From: Octopus bimaculoides
Taxonomy: Eukaryota
DNA length: 64,000 nucleotides
Assembly (NCBI RefSeq): GCF_001194135.2
Contig: NC_068985.1
Span: 46,182,050-46,246,049, forward strand
Direction: 5' to 3'
Position numbers and translations under genes: made by a program. The notes under the pieces were generated by a model, which was given only the letters and a program-made list of their open reading frames with translations, did not search any database and had not been told where the DNA came from. Each line of letters opens with the position of its first letter. The stretch's first letter is position 1. Positions 1 to 12,709 of this stretch are shown here, piece by piece.

Positions 1-57
<57 letters not shown>

Positions 58-1169
58 TGTGTGTGTGTGTATATGAATGTAAAGTATATTTATTTAGTGA
101 TGGGACATCCACATGATACCTCAACTTACTTGAAACCCTACCATCTTTAGAAAGGAAAGCCACATTACATTTTATGTGGTTCTGGATGTACACTTTCATG
201 GTAAAAAAAAAAGTGCATAGGGGTCATCATTTGAATCCCTTTAATGATAGGTTTACACAATCAGGTTGATGTGGGAGGTAAGGGTTAAACAATAACAAGA
301 TGCTGCAGCAACTTTGAACTTGCAGCCTGGAAGCCAGTAAACCAATATCTTGTCCTCGTGAACGTTTTACTTCTACTGTCGGAGGTCTTACTATGTAAAC
401 ATCATGTACCGTAATTTCTCAATGAATTAGAAACTATAACATGCTTGATGAAAAGAAGGGCATCCAACTGTAAAAATAAAACATGTCAAGAACATGAGGT
501 ATACAGCAAACATAACTGGTTTCCCTATGGCTGGGTGCTTCAGATAACAAAGGACCACAAAGAGTGGTGGTGCACTTAAACTCATCAGAATAAATAATAA
601 AAAAAAAAACCTCTGAAGAAACAAAAAACATGTAAATCGAGATGATGAATTGGCTTATAAAAACTATAGGTGTCTTGTATTAGAATCCCACTGATTGTTG
701 GCTCCACTTATTCAGGCATGACAATTTTATTTGCTAGTTTGTTCATTTCTGTAACACTTCATGGACCTGTGTTACTTGTCCTAAAGTACAGCACTAGTCT
801 TGTTGTTTATGTAATCTTTTACTGTGATGTTCAACTGTTGTTCTTGTTGAATATGTGGGTGTACACTAATATCCTTTATTTCTAAAGGTTGAATATATTC
901 TAGATCTAACCATATTTTTGCTGTATGTATGTATGGCATATGAGTGTACATATTTGCACACAAATAATAAAGACTTGCTAAGCAAACAAAAACAAATTAA
1001 GAATGCATATAAGGACAATAACAACTAGAGAATTAATGATAGTGATCATTATCATTATTTTTTCATAATTGTTGCTTTTTGGCATGAATCATATTGTCTT
1101 GAGGATAATTTATACATGCAAGTTCATTCAAATCAGTGCACACTCACTCACATAATCCATAAATGGCTA

Positions 1170-1355
<186 letters not shown>

Positions 1356-3759
1356 TTGTATTTCAACTCTTTATTCAATAAGATATATATTTAGATTTCA
1401 GAACCAAATTTTCTATTAAGAGAAAAGAATCCTTGTATAAAACTTGGAAGTAGTTTTACATACCACAAGGGCCCACTTATAGATCTTCCTCCCTCTTATC
1501 TTGATTTGTCAGGTGAATCACAATAGAATAAAAACTAACCAACTCAAGGTCTTTTTATAATTGATTTCTGCTCCCAAGGCTCCCTTTTCTATAATTGATT
1601 TTAACACCCCTTTAAGGTTCTCTTTCATTTATATGTTTATGCTATATAGAAAATGGTAGTTCTTAATATAATTGTGTTTTCATAGCCAGTTACTGCTGCA
1701 CACTCTACCATCAACAGTTGTGATGTGGGGATGGGGGGTGTCGGGGTTAGAGGTAAAGATAACGAAAGCAGTCGAAAAGAAAACAATAACAAAAGCAACA
1801 AAACAACACCTACTGGATGAAGCAAGAACAACAATAAATCGTCCTTTCAATTTACTCTCCTTCTGAATTGCCCCAATCAATAACCAATAATCAATAAGAT
1901 TACTAGGTATTCACACTTCGAAATAATAGTTCTTGCTCCCATGGCCCAACATGTCTTGGAGGCCACATGAGTGGATAGCAGTGGCAAGTAGGAGGAGGAG
2001 ATAAAATGTGTTTGTGCATGTTCATGTTTGAATGCATCTATATACTTGCATGGGTGCTTGAATGTGTATTATTGTGTATGTGAATGTGTGTATGTGTGTG
2101 TGTTTGTTTCTGTTTGTGTGAATGTATGTGTGTGTTTCTGTTTTGGTGAACAAGTGTGTTTTGCTTGTGAATGAGGAAGAAACAGAAAGAAAATATGAGA
2201 AATAGTTTGTTTGAATGAGGAAGGGAATTTAAAAGGAGAGAAATAAAACAAGCTATAAAAAGGCAGGTGTAAAGTTTTTGTAATCCAAACACTGTTGTTA
2301 TAAACAGTTTGGGGGTACATTTGAGATGTAAGATAACTAATAATTTTTTTTGAGATATCAGAGATGAACAGTGAGTTTATGGAAGGTGGATTGGCAAGAA
2401 AGAAGGAGTTGGGGGAATAAGATGGAAAACAAACAAAGGAATGGGAAAGAACAAGAAAAAATTGATAAAAATTGTTGGAGAGAGGGAAAAGAAATGAAAT
2501 GGAGAGGGAAGGAAAGAAAGAATAACTGAAATTGAGAGGCTGTTGAATGAAAAGAAAGAGGAAGGAAAACATGATAGAAGGTGCAGAAAAGAAATTAGCT
2601 AAAAAATAGATTTAGGAAAATTATTAAGGAAAAGTGAACTTAGGGTTTGTTATTGGGTATATAGTTTATTGTGATAGAGAATTAGAAGATAGCCCATTGA
2701 ATGATTTGGGCAAAGCTAACAAAGAACATGGTAAAATGAAAAAAAGGATTGCTTTAATTGAAAGAAAGGAAGAATTCTGGAAATTGGTTAGTGTAAAAGA
2801 AAAGAACTTTGGTTCAATATTATAATCTTCATTGAAACTTAATTCTTTCTACTTGTAGTTGTGATTACTTTGGCAGTGATGCTCCTACATAAATTCTTGA
2901 TAGTTGTTTTTATTCTTTTTTCCATTCTTTCTGTGTCAACTTTACTTTTGATCTTTCCTGGTTAATAAAATAATCTAGTAGTTTCAGTTATGCAGTCCCA
3001 TAGAAACTGGTTCTAACAAATGCAGTAGACTGGTTATTGAATTAAAAAGCACCAAGGACCTAGTTCTGTATCTTTAAGGTTCAAATCCTAATGCCTTGTC
3101 TTTTCATCTATCTGTGGTCAACAAAACCATTCATGTTCTGTAATTGATTTTTGTCATCTATATACTTCACAACATCGTGAACACCATTCTATTATGAGAC
3201 ATTGTTAATTAGTAATTTGGATTAAGGTGGGTATTATTGAATAGTGGTAACTTTCTAACAAATATTCCAAACCTTGTTTCAATTCCCATATGGAAAACTG
3301 TCTGACTTCAATGTAACATTGTTGTTATTGTGAAAGGATTGCATATTTCAATTTCCCTATGCCTCTCCTTATCTATGAATATTTTCAGTTTCATTTAATG
3401 AGGATATACTGAATATGAGAATACTGCATACAGTTTGATGCCTAATATTTCTGTATTCAACTTTGCCCGTTATCCTCCAGAGATCAATTTAAATTGACTG
3501 TATTGAATTATCTAGACATCCATTACTTTTATCATCATCATCATCATGATTATCAGCAACAGTATCTTAGATTTAACAATTATTTTCATTGCTCTGGTGA
3601 TCTGGAGAAATTTACAAACTGGTCTCTCTTTCTCTCGCACACAATTCTTATTTTCTCAAATTTTCATACACTCCTCGTTCTCTCTGTCATTTCATTGTTA
3701 AGCTTTAACATTCTATGGTCTCTCCCTTATTAAATTCACTTTTCTAATCAAGAATTCAG

Positions 3760-4345
3760 TGAACGCTGGAAATCCTCCTTGACACTAAGGAATGATTCAG
3801 ATTTGTTCTCCTGTTTGTGTTATGAACATAGCCTAGCAATGAATGTTGGTAAGACTGTAGAGTATACATCAAACTATCTTGTGGTAGTTGTCTTCTGTCA
3901 TCCCTCTCTTGTTATATAGTTGCAAGACTGGAACACTGTCTGGGGCCCTTAGGAGCCACTTGAACTCCTTTGGTACCAGGATACTTTGCAAGATAATGTT
4001 ACTATTGGTCAGATTTTGTATCCAATTGACAATTATACTCAGAAACTGGAATGTGTCTTGTTACTTGTATGATTCAGGGAACATCAGATCAAACGGTTTG
4101 GTCATGTTGCACTATTTTCTGAGTTGGATCCTGGATACTGTGTTCTCTTCTCTGAGGATCCAGTTAGGGTAACGGCTTGTGTTGGTTGGCCATATGCCAC
4201 ATGATCACAATGGATGAGGAAGTATCTTGCAGAGATGGAGACTGACCGGGACACTGCTCAGAGGGTTGCCTGGGACAACCCAAGCATATCCTGACAAATG
4301 GTGGATGTAACAACACACTACAATGGTGCATGACCCTATTTCTGA
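3760..4345 (+). mobile_element. Degenerate RTE-clade LINE, 3' part of ORF
   Basis: Translates LLYSCKTGTL...HLNSFGTRIL (RTE LLYGCETWTL...RLxSF-type motif), then IREHQIKRFGHVA (RTE C-terminal R.FGHV motif), with stops and frameshifts. Confidence 0.8.
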
Positions 4346-4826
4346 CTGAATCCAAGTTCAGATCTTGCTCTGGTCAACTTTTCTTAGCATCCTTTCATGG
4401 CTGATAAAATAAGAACCAGTCTAGACAAACTAGTGAAATAGTAAGATGAACATAAAGAGTTCAAGTGAGCTGAAAATATCATAGAATGAAACACTTTCCT
4501 AACAGTTTTAAACAAAAATTAGTAAGATTTATACAATAGAACAAGATCTTGTATATGTGTCAAGGAAAGGGTGTATTTTTCACCTAAACAGAATTGAATG
4601 AAAATTGGCATTGTGGGTCCTTGATATAAATTTGGTTACTAGAATAAATAAACTAATATTGATCTACAATTGGACTGGAAATAAAATGAATACTGGGAAG
4701 TGCCACAAAATGTTAGTCTCTACTTTGTGCCTCAGTGCACTAACCTACAAGGAAATAGGAATTAAATTTCTTTCAAGTCATAATACCATCTAAGAAAAAA
4801 GGGAATGACACAAGGGTGTCCTAGAT

Positions 4827-4900
4827 CAGTGTTTCTCAGCCCTTTTTTGTTCCATACCCTACTTAAGATTACAAAAAAAATTTTGCATCCCCACCATGAA
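4827..4900 (+). mobile_element. Left end of a hAT-like MITE, interrupted by the SINE at 4921
   Basis: CAGTGTTTCTCA terminus preceded by tcctagat, a Charlie-like target; the right end was not found. Confidence 0.4.
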
Positions 4901-4920
4901 CAAAGTATATAGCATATATT

Positions 4921-5133
4921 CTTTTCTACTTTAGGCACAAGGCTTGAAATTTTGGGAGAGGGGGCCAGTCGATTAGATTGACCCCAGTACGTAATTGGTA
5001 CTTAATCTATTGACCCCAAAAGATGAAAGGCAAAGTCGACCTCGGTGGAATTTGAACTCAGAACATAAAGACAGACGAAATACTGCTAACCATTTTGCCT
5101 GGTGTGCTAACGTTTCTGCCAGCTTGTCGCCTT
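4921..5133 (-). mobile_element. tRNA-derived SINE, family B, with 13-bp TSD
   Basis: Reverse complement contains GAGTTCAAATTCC (B box) and gaggtcgactttgcctttcatc. tatagcatatatt is duplicated at 4908-4920 and 5137-5149. Confidence 0.9.
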
Positions 5134-6010
5134 GTGTATAGCATATATTTATTCAAAAGAAGTTTTAATTAAAACTTTTAGTAAATTCTATCCACTTGTT
5201 ATAAGCAATCATATGCCACCAAAATATTTCCATGCTTCCTACCTTGAGAAACTTGACCTGGGGTTAAACAACAACAATTTTTGTTTTAAATTTGAATATG
5301 TTATTTTAAGATTAAAATTTTTCAATANNNNNNNNNNNNNNNNNNNNNNNNNNNNNNNNNNNNNNNNNNNNNNNNNNNNNNNNNNNNNNNNNNNNNNNNN
5401 NNNNNNNNNNNNNNNNNNNNNNNNNNNNNNNNNNNNNNNNNNNNNNNNNNNNNNNNNNNNNNNNNNNNNNNNNNNNNNNNNNNNNNNNNNNNNNNNNNNN
5501 NNNNNNNNNNNNNNNNNNNNNNNNNNNNNNNNNNNNNNNNNNNNNNNNNNNNNNNNNNNNNNNNNNNNNNNNNNNNNNNNNNNNNNNNNNNNNNNNNNNN
5601 NNNNNNNNNNNNNNNNNNNNNNNNNNNNNNNNNNNNNNNNNNNNNNNNNNNNNNNNNNNNNNNNNNNNNNNNNNNNNNNNNNNNNNNNNNNNNNNNNNNN
5701 NNNNNNNNNNNNNNNNNNNNNNNNNNNNNNNNNNNNNNNNNNNNNNNNNNNNNNNNNNNNNNNNNNAATAATAATAATAATAATAATAATTAATTCGTTT
5801 TATTGGCAACAAGGGCTAATATCAATTAAAAACATGTAAGGACAAAGACAGGACGAAGGTTACAAAAGGTTTTGTCCGAAAAGGTAGAAACGTTCGTCTA
5901 AACAGAGGAAGAAAACGGAGAAAGGTATAACAAATAAGTAGATAAATAAATAAATTAATAAATAAATAGAACTCCCAAAGGGGGAGGTGCTTATTATAAT
6001 AATAATAATA

Positions 6011-6418
6011 GGCACAGGAGTGGCTATGTGGTAAGTAACTTGCTTACCAGCCACATGGTCTCGGGTTCAGTCCCATTGCGTGGCACCTTGGGCAAGTGTC
6101 TTCTACTATAGCCTCGGGCTGACCAAAGTCTTGTGAGTGGATTTGGTAGACGGAAACTGAAAGAAGCCCGTCGTATATATGGATGTATATATATGTATGT
6201 GTGTGTATATGTTTGTGTGTCTGTGTTTGTCCCTCCAACATCGCTTGACAACCGATGCTGGTGTGTTTAGGTCCCCGTAACTTAGCGGTTCGGCAAAAGA
6301 GACCGATAGAATAAGTACTAGACTTACAAAGAATAAGTCCTGGGGTCGATTTGATTCGACTAAAGGTGGTGCTCCAGCATGGCCGTAGTCAAATGACTGA
6401 AACAAGTAAAGAGTAAGA

Positions 6419-6420
<2 letters not shown>
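6011..6420 (+). mobile_element. Full-length tRNA-derived SINE, family A (CORE-like ccttgggcaagt motif, central TA/TG microsatellite, AAAAGAGT-type tail)
   Basis: A-box-like TGGCTATGTGG and B-box-like GGTTCAGTCCC; highly similar copies at 8343, 34385, 40122 and 42446; inserted in an (AAT)n run. Confidence 0.92.
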
Positions 6421-6439
<19 letters not shown>

Positions 6440-6455
<16 letters not shown>

Positions 6456-6600
6456 CAACATCGAAAAATACCTTAGGAATGAGAACCCAGGTTCAAAATT
6501 TCTCCAAGACACCTGATGAAGGCTGGAGGGTATATCAGCTGAAACATGTTAACAACAAACAAGATGAGGACAAATATCCATCAAATGTAAATAATGTAAA
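6440..6600 (+). mobile_element. Probable Penelope-like terminal repeat fragment with a degenerate hammerhead-like core
   Basis: CTGATGA-A-GGCTG(N10)CAGCT-GAAAC at 6513-6545. Confidence 0.5.
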
Positions 6601-8342
6601 TCTATGGAGACATGCATAGCTGCTACCTATAGCTGAGCAGAAAAAAATGGTGAACACTGACTCTTCAGAACTCTTCAGAACCTTCACTGATAACCATTTT
6701 TTTCTCCTTCTTTTTCTCTCTTTCTCAACCTCCCCTCTCTTTAATACTGCCTTCCAGTATTAATTGTTTTTCCCTTCCCCTTGTCATCTGGCAGCAAAAG
6801 CTTGAATCCAGTAATTAATCTCTCTGATCTGAGATTGACGCCTTTTTCTATTCCACTGCCTGACAGACTTCCTTTAACATATAGGCGCGCGCGCACACAC
6901 ACATACACACACACACACACACATACACACACACTACACACATACACACACACTACACACACACATCCCTGACATTGCAATAGTGTGGAATGCAATTAGT
7001 GGCATACATATCTTTTATTTATTTACCCAAATTTACCCAAGAGTCCTTGACTTCAAGCAGGAGTAGAATATATATATATATATATACATACATACACACA
7101 CACACACACACATAATGTCCCNNNNNNNNNNNNNNNNNNNNNNNNNNNNNNNNNNNNNNNNNNNNNNNNNNNNNNNNNNNNNNNNNNNNNNNNNNNNNNN
7201 NNNNNNNNNNNNNNNNNNNNNNNNNNNNNNNNNNNNNNNNNNNNNNNNNNNNNNNNNNNNNNNNNNNNNNNNNNNNNNNNNNNNNNNNNNNNNNNNNNNN
7301 NNNNNNNNNNNNNNNNNNNNNNNNNNNNNNNNNNNNNNNNNNNNNNNNNNNNNNNNNNNNNNNNNNNNNNNNTTACCCAAGAGTCCTTGACTTCAAGCAG
7401 GAGTAGAATATATATATATATATATACATACATACACACACACACACACACATAATGTCCCTAAAAGATAATGGGTTATTTATTTATTTTTTTTGTAGTA
7501 GTCAAGAGGTGAATGCAAATTTTATGGTCAGTGGCTATAAATGTTTATTTGGATGGATTTGAACTCTGTTGCAAAAGGGGTTAAAAGGAAATGACAATAA
7601 GTAGACATGTCAGAGTTTTGTGACCCCCATTTTGACAGATGGTTTGGTGGGTGAGACATGTATGCATTGGACTGAAACTGTAATTAGATTGAGTCAAGGT
7701 AGCAGTTAATCATGGCATTGGTGGTGATTGTAGTGGTAATGGCCCCCTTAGGGGTGACCACTTCTACAGTTAAACATTGGTGGTTGTGGCAAAGAGTAAA
7801 TTTAGTAATAACAATAACAATAATAATAATAATAATAATTGCCATATCAGTTGTTGATGTTTAGCCTTCAGGTCAACCTTGATCCAGTAATATATAAGCA
7901 GAGTCAATTCTAGTGGCATCACTACTGCTTGTAGTAGTAGTAGTAGTATTAGTAGTAGTAACAGCAGCAGCAGCAGCAGCAGCAGCAGCTGAAGATGTAG
8001 TTGTAGTAAAAGGAGTTGAAATGATGGTACTGTTTGATGAAGGGTTAATTTATGGTGTTGTTTACACAACTGTTTGCAGAATGTAATAGTATTTATTAAT
8101 TCCAGTGGTTATAGTAGTTAGCTGTAGTAGTACTTATTTTTGTTGTGGCTTGACCCTGATGAAGCAGACTCCTATTGAAAGGGCAGGGCCTTCCAGCCAT
8201 GACCTTCATATCTAGTACACCTGGAACTGCATTATCTATTGATGCCAGCTTGATTTGCACTGCGTGAGCACACTGGGCAGGTGTATTCTACTTTCGCTCA
8301 CACACACACACATACACACACAGATAAACATATAGATACTTT

Positions 8343-8972
8343 AGGAGTGGCTGTGTGGTAAGTAGCTTGCTTACCAACCACATGGTTCCGGGTTCAAACC
8401 CACTGCGTGGCACTTTGGGCAAGTGTCTTCTACTATAGCCTCGGGCCGACCAAAGACTTGTGAGTGGATTTGGTAGACGGAAACTGAAAGAAAACCGTCG
8501 TATATATGTATATGTATATATATATATGTGTGTGTGTGTGTTTGTGTGTCTGTGTTTGTCCCCCCAACATCACTTGACAACCGATACTGGTGTGTTTATG
8601 TCCCCATAACTTAGCAGTTCGGCAAAATAGACTGATAGAATAAGTACTAGGCTNNNNNNNNNNGGGCCGACCAAAGACTTGTGAGTGGATTTGGTAGACG
8701 GAAACTGAAAGAAAACCGTCGTATATATGTATATGTATATATATATATGTGTGTGTGTGTGTTTGTGTGTCTGTGTTTGTCCCCCCAACATCACTTGACA
8801 ACCGATACTGGTGTGTTTATGTCCCCATAACTTAGCAGTTCGGCAAAATAGACTGATAGAATAAGTACTAGGCTTACAAAGAATAAGTCCTAGGGTCGAT
8901 TTGCTCGACTAAAGGTGGTGCTCCAGCATGGCCGCAGTCAAATGACTGAAACAAGTAAAAGAGTAAAAGAGT
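8343..8972 (+). mobile_element. SINE family A; about 210 bp internal duplication across a 10-N gap is probably an assembly overlap
   Basis: Same head and tail as 6011-6420; 8444-8653 is repeated identically at 8664-8873. Confidence 0.9.
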
Positions 8973-9089
8973 ATACTACATGTGAGCATTCATGCTGATC
9001 CCTCTGCAGTAACCTGCTCTGCTCCTTGTCTCTCAAAACCCCACATCCCTGGGTTTTGTGGTACTTTGAACTGCATGGTGACCTCAATA

Positions 9090-9250
9090 GTGCAGGTGGC
9101 ACAAAAAAAAAAAAAGCACCTAGTTCATATTGTAAAGTGGTTGGCATTAGGAAAGGCATCCAGCTGTAAAAACCATACCAAAGCAGACATAAGAGTTCGG
9201 TGCAGTCCTTGGACACATTGGTTCCTGTCAAACCATCTAAACCATAGGTT
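9090..9250 (+). mobile_element. SINE family C fragment
   Basis: aaagcacc...gtggttggcattaggaaaggcatccagctgtaaaaa...tcctgtcaaaccatc; related to 36362-36596. Confidence 0.65.
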
Positions 9251-9896
9251 CTCAAAGTGGGTGCTACTGTCACTTTGTCACTCTTGCTGTCATAAATGCA
9301 GTGAATTTATGATAAGCCCATCAGAGGCCTTGGAGCCAACTACTCTCTTGTTTACAAATAGTGATGTAAATGTCCTTCCATTTTTCAGAAAGTAGGTTGT
9401 AATTTGAGTAAGATTTAGCTACTATTTCTAGCATATTGAGCATCTCACATAGAGGCTCAATTTAGAGTATTGGTCTCTAGTATTTCTATATTAGTAAGTA
9501 AAGGTGGTAGTACGGTTTATGAAGTGGTGAATGGTAGTAGTTATAAAAATAATATATTTTCTGTAGTTGTCATTGTAGTATGTATGCAGTTAATTGTGCT
9601 GAACTTGCTGATGTTGGGTAGTTTTGGCAGTTGTGATGTTGCTGCACAGCAGCTTAACCCGTCAACCGTTCTCTAAGCCTCATTAAAAATTCATTATCTA
9701 GAGCGCTATCACTTCATTAATAATAATAATGTTAATAATGATGATGATAGGAAGTGTAAACAGCAAGAGTATGTAGAACCGGCTGCTCAAGACTGGGATC
9801 TACTTGACCTGATCATGGAGATAGAGACAAAACAGGGAGGAAGGAGCAAGCACTGTCTATTCTCCCATGCTTTGTTTCCTTTCATTTTACATGATC

Positions 9897-10191
9897 TTGT
9901 TGTTGTTGTTGGCACTCCGTCGCTTACGACGTCGAGGGTTCCAGTTGATCCGATCAACGGAACAGCCTGCTCGTGAAATTAACGTGCAAGTGGCTGAGCA
10001 CTCCACAGACACGTGTACCCTTTATGTAGTTCTCAGGGATATTCAGCGTGACACAGTGTGACAAGGCTGACCCTTTGAATTACAGGTACAACAGAAACAG
10101 GAAGTAAGTGTGAGAGAAAGTTGTGGTGAAAGTGTATAGCAGGGTTCGCCACCATCCCCTGCCGGAGCCACGTGGAGCTTTAGGTGTTTTT
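9897..10191 (-). mobile_element. SINE family E, 3' portion with (CAA)n tail, head lost in gap
   Basis: Reverse complement matches 41159-41553 closely. Confidence 0.92.
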
Positions 10192-10498
10192 NNNNNNNNN
10201 NNNNNNNNNNNNNNNNNNNNNNNNNNNNNNNNNNNNNNNNNNNNNNNNNNNNNNNNNNNNNNNNNNNNNNNNNNNNNNNNNNNNNNNNNNNNNNNNNNNN
10301 NNNNNNNNNNNNNNNNNNNNNNNNNNNNNNNNNNNNNNNNNNNNNNNNNNNNNNNNNNNNNNNNNNNNNNNNNNNNNNNNNNNNNNNNNNNNNNNNNNNN
10401 NNNNNNNNNNNNNNNNNNNNNNNNNNNNNNNNNNNNNNNNNNNNNNNNNNNNNNNNNNNNNNNNNNNNNNNNNNNNNNNNNNNNNNNNNNNNNNNNNN

Positions 10499-10532
<34 letters not shown>

Positions 10533-10744
10533 CCTTGATAGAAGTGTTTGATTTGAATGAGATTTCATTGCTATTTCTAGCAGATTGACCAAATGTTGTA
10601 GAGTCGCTTTGTTAGCTTGATGATTGTGGTGGAGTGTGTGCTTGTAGTGATCTGAGCGAGTTTATATATGATTGCTCTTTTAATGGTAGTTGCTATTTTC
10701 CTAATAGGACACCTGGTGTGTGCGTGTGTGTGTGTGCGTGTGTG

Positions 10745-10783
<39 letters not shown>

Positions 10784-11031
10784 TCATGTGTGCGTGTATG
10801 TGTATTTGTGTGTAAGTATATGTTTGAATGCACATATGTGTTTGTGAGTGTAATTAGTTAGTTAACACAGCTGACATGTCTTTCAGTTTTCACACAGCAG
10901 GAGTGAATTAATTCTACATGGANNNNNNNNNNNNNNNNNNNNNNNNNNNNNNNNNNNNNNNNNNNNNNNNNNNNNNNNNNNNNNNNNNNNNNNNNNNNNN
11001 NNNNNNNNNNNNNNNNNNNNNNNNNNNNNNN

Positions 11032-11066
<35 letters not shown>

Positions 11067-11373
11067 TTTTTAACCATATCAAGTTAGCATCAATGGTGTT
11101 GAGTTGATATAGACTTATGAATACCAGTATAAATACTCGGCAAGACAGGTTTGGAGTTTCTGGTTCTTCACTTGAAACCATACCGTTTATCTATCTGTTC
11201 ATGATAAAATAAGTACCAATGCTTTAAGATCAAACAATTATTTGAAATTGTGAGCTGGATACAGATTTGGCTCTCAAAATACTTTCAGATTTTTTTTGTT
11301 TTTTTGTTTTAGTTGTTGTCAAAATGAAAGTTAAGCAACACTAAGTTCTAAAATGGCTACAGATACTTTTCCT

Positions 11374-11579
11374 TACACAGTGTTTAAATATGTGCTGCTA
11401 TTAGTTTCATGCTGTAGAAACACAATAAATCAGAAATTTATAACATGCCTTGTGCCTCCAAGCAATCCTTTAGGCTGAGATGCCTTTTGCTTTGGAGGCA
11501 CAAATCATGATTTAAAAATCTACTGATTTATTGTGTTTCTGCAGCATGAAACTAATAGCATGTATTTAGATACTGTGTA
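11374..11579. mobile_element. 206-bp fold-back palindrome (MITE-like, TA ends)
   Basis: Arms of about 88 bp (tacacagt...ttgtgcctccaagc / gctttggaggcacaa...actgtgta) are mostly complementary around a short loop. Confidence 0.85.
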
Positions 11580-11616
11580 TATTAAATGATATTTTTCTCT
11601 AAATGGATGGAGTACA

Positions 11617-11832
11617 TTAACCCTTTTGTTACCAACCTGGCTGAATCTGGCTCTGACTCTGAGTACAAATGTCTTGTTTTCATAAGTTTTGAATTAGGAT
11701 CTTCCACCAAACCTTAGTCACAATTTATGTTCCTAACACTAACTGAATGATAACTAAGTTATTTTACTAAATTCTTTGTTATTGAAAGAAACACAGAGCA
11801 TCTCAAAATAAATACAGTAATGAAAGTATTAA
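11617..11832 (+). mobile_element. piggyBac-type MITE (TTAA-bounded)
   Basis: Starts TTAACCCTTTTGTTACC and ends gtaatgaaagtaTTAA; an inverted copy lies at 12349-12576. Confidence 0.8.
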
Positions 11833-12348
11833 AATCTCTATATGTATACAAATAGATAGACATTGCAGTGACTGTATATTGAATAAAGTTTGCATATTAT
11901 GATGTATCATCATAATAGTATTATATGTAGGATATATCATAATGATATTTGTATGTGTATAGAATGTATGTTATAGGTAAAGATATACTATTTTTGGTAG
12001 ATGAACTTTAATCAGAATCTAGCCTGGCAATGATACATATGTTGTAACAAGTCTATGTTGATTCATTTAATAAATGCCAGTTTTATCTCACTTCTTTTAC
12101 AATGCTATCAATTTTGACAGCGCTAGTGTACTAATCGGTATTATAATAATTTCTTATATTGGCGCAAAACCACAGATTTGCAGAAGAAGAGTCACATAAA
12201 TGGATTTACAAACAGATAACTTGTTTGTGATTGTATTGTCATAGCAAAAATCAGTACTGCTATGATTTCTATTGTGAAGATAACCTTCACAAGTGATGTA
12301 AAACACACTGCTAACATAGTAGGATATAGTATTGACTTATAGAAATGT

Positions 12349-12576
12349 TTAACACTTTTGTTACCATATTATTTTTAGATGCTCTGTGTTTCTTTCAATT
12401 ATTTTAAATATAACAGAGAATTTAGTAAAATAACTTAGTTATCATTCAGTTAGTGTTAGGAACATAAATTGTGACTAAGGTTTAGTGGAAGATTTTGATT
12501 CAAAATTTATGAAAACAAGACGTTTGTATGAAAGAATCAGAGCCGGTTTCAGCCGGGTTGGTAATGAAAAGGTTAA
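12349..12576 (-). mobile_element. piggyBac-type MITE, inverted copy of 11617-11832
   Basis: TTAAcacttttgttacc ... ggtaatgaaaaggTTAA; the interior is the reverse complement of 11617-11832. Confidence 0.8.
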
Positions 12577-12709
12577 TATACTTTATAGTATGTTATGGTT
12601 CATTAATAAGTTAACTGTGGTTGGATTTGAACATAAAACAGTGATGAAATCAAAAGTGGAAGTCAGCACTGCTTTTTTTTTTTTTTAATGTAACAATGAT
12701 ATTAATGAC

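Noticed and set aside
2069-2572. 167-aa Phe/Ser/Leu-rich minus-strand ORF; similar ones at 19957, 39765, 50073 and 60139
   Set aside because: These are translations of purine- or pyrimidine-skewed low-complexity tracts with no splice or homology support.
5860-5905. GAAACGTT motif resembling a hammerhead 3' half
   Set aside because: No CUGANGA-like partner or stem II could be built upstream.
7033-7461. Identical 89-bp direct repeat (7033-7121 and 7373-7461)
   Set aside because: The copies directly flank an N-gap and are identical, typical of an unmerged contig overlap.
8444-8873. Internal tandem duplication in a SINE
   Set aside because: Identical copies sit either side of a 10-N gap; most likely an assembly artefact.
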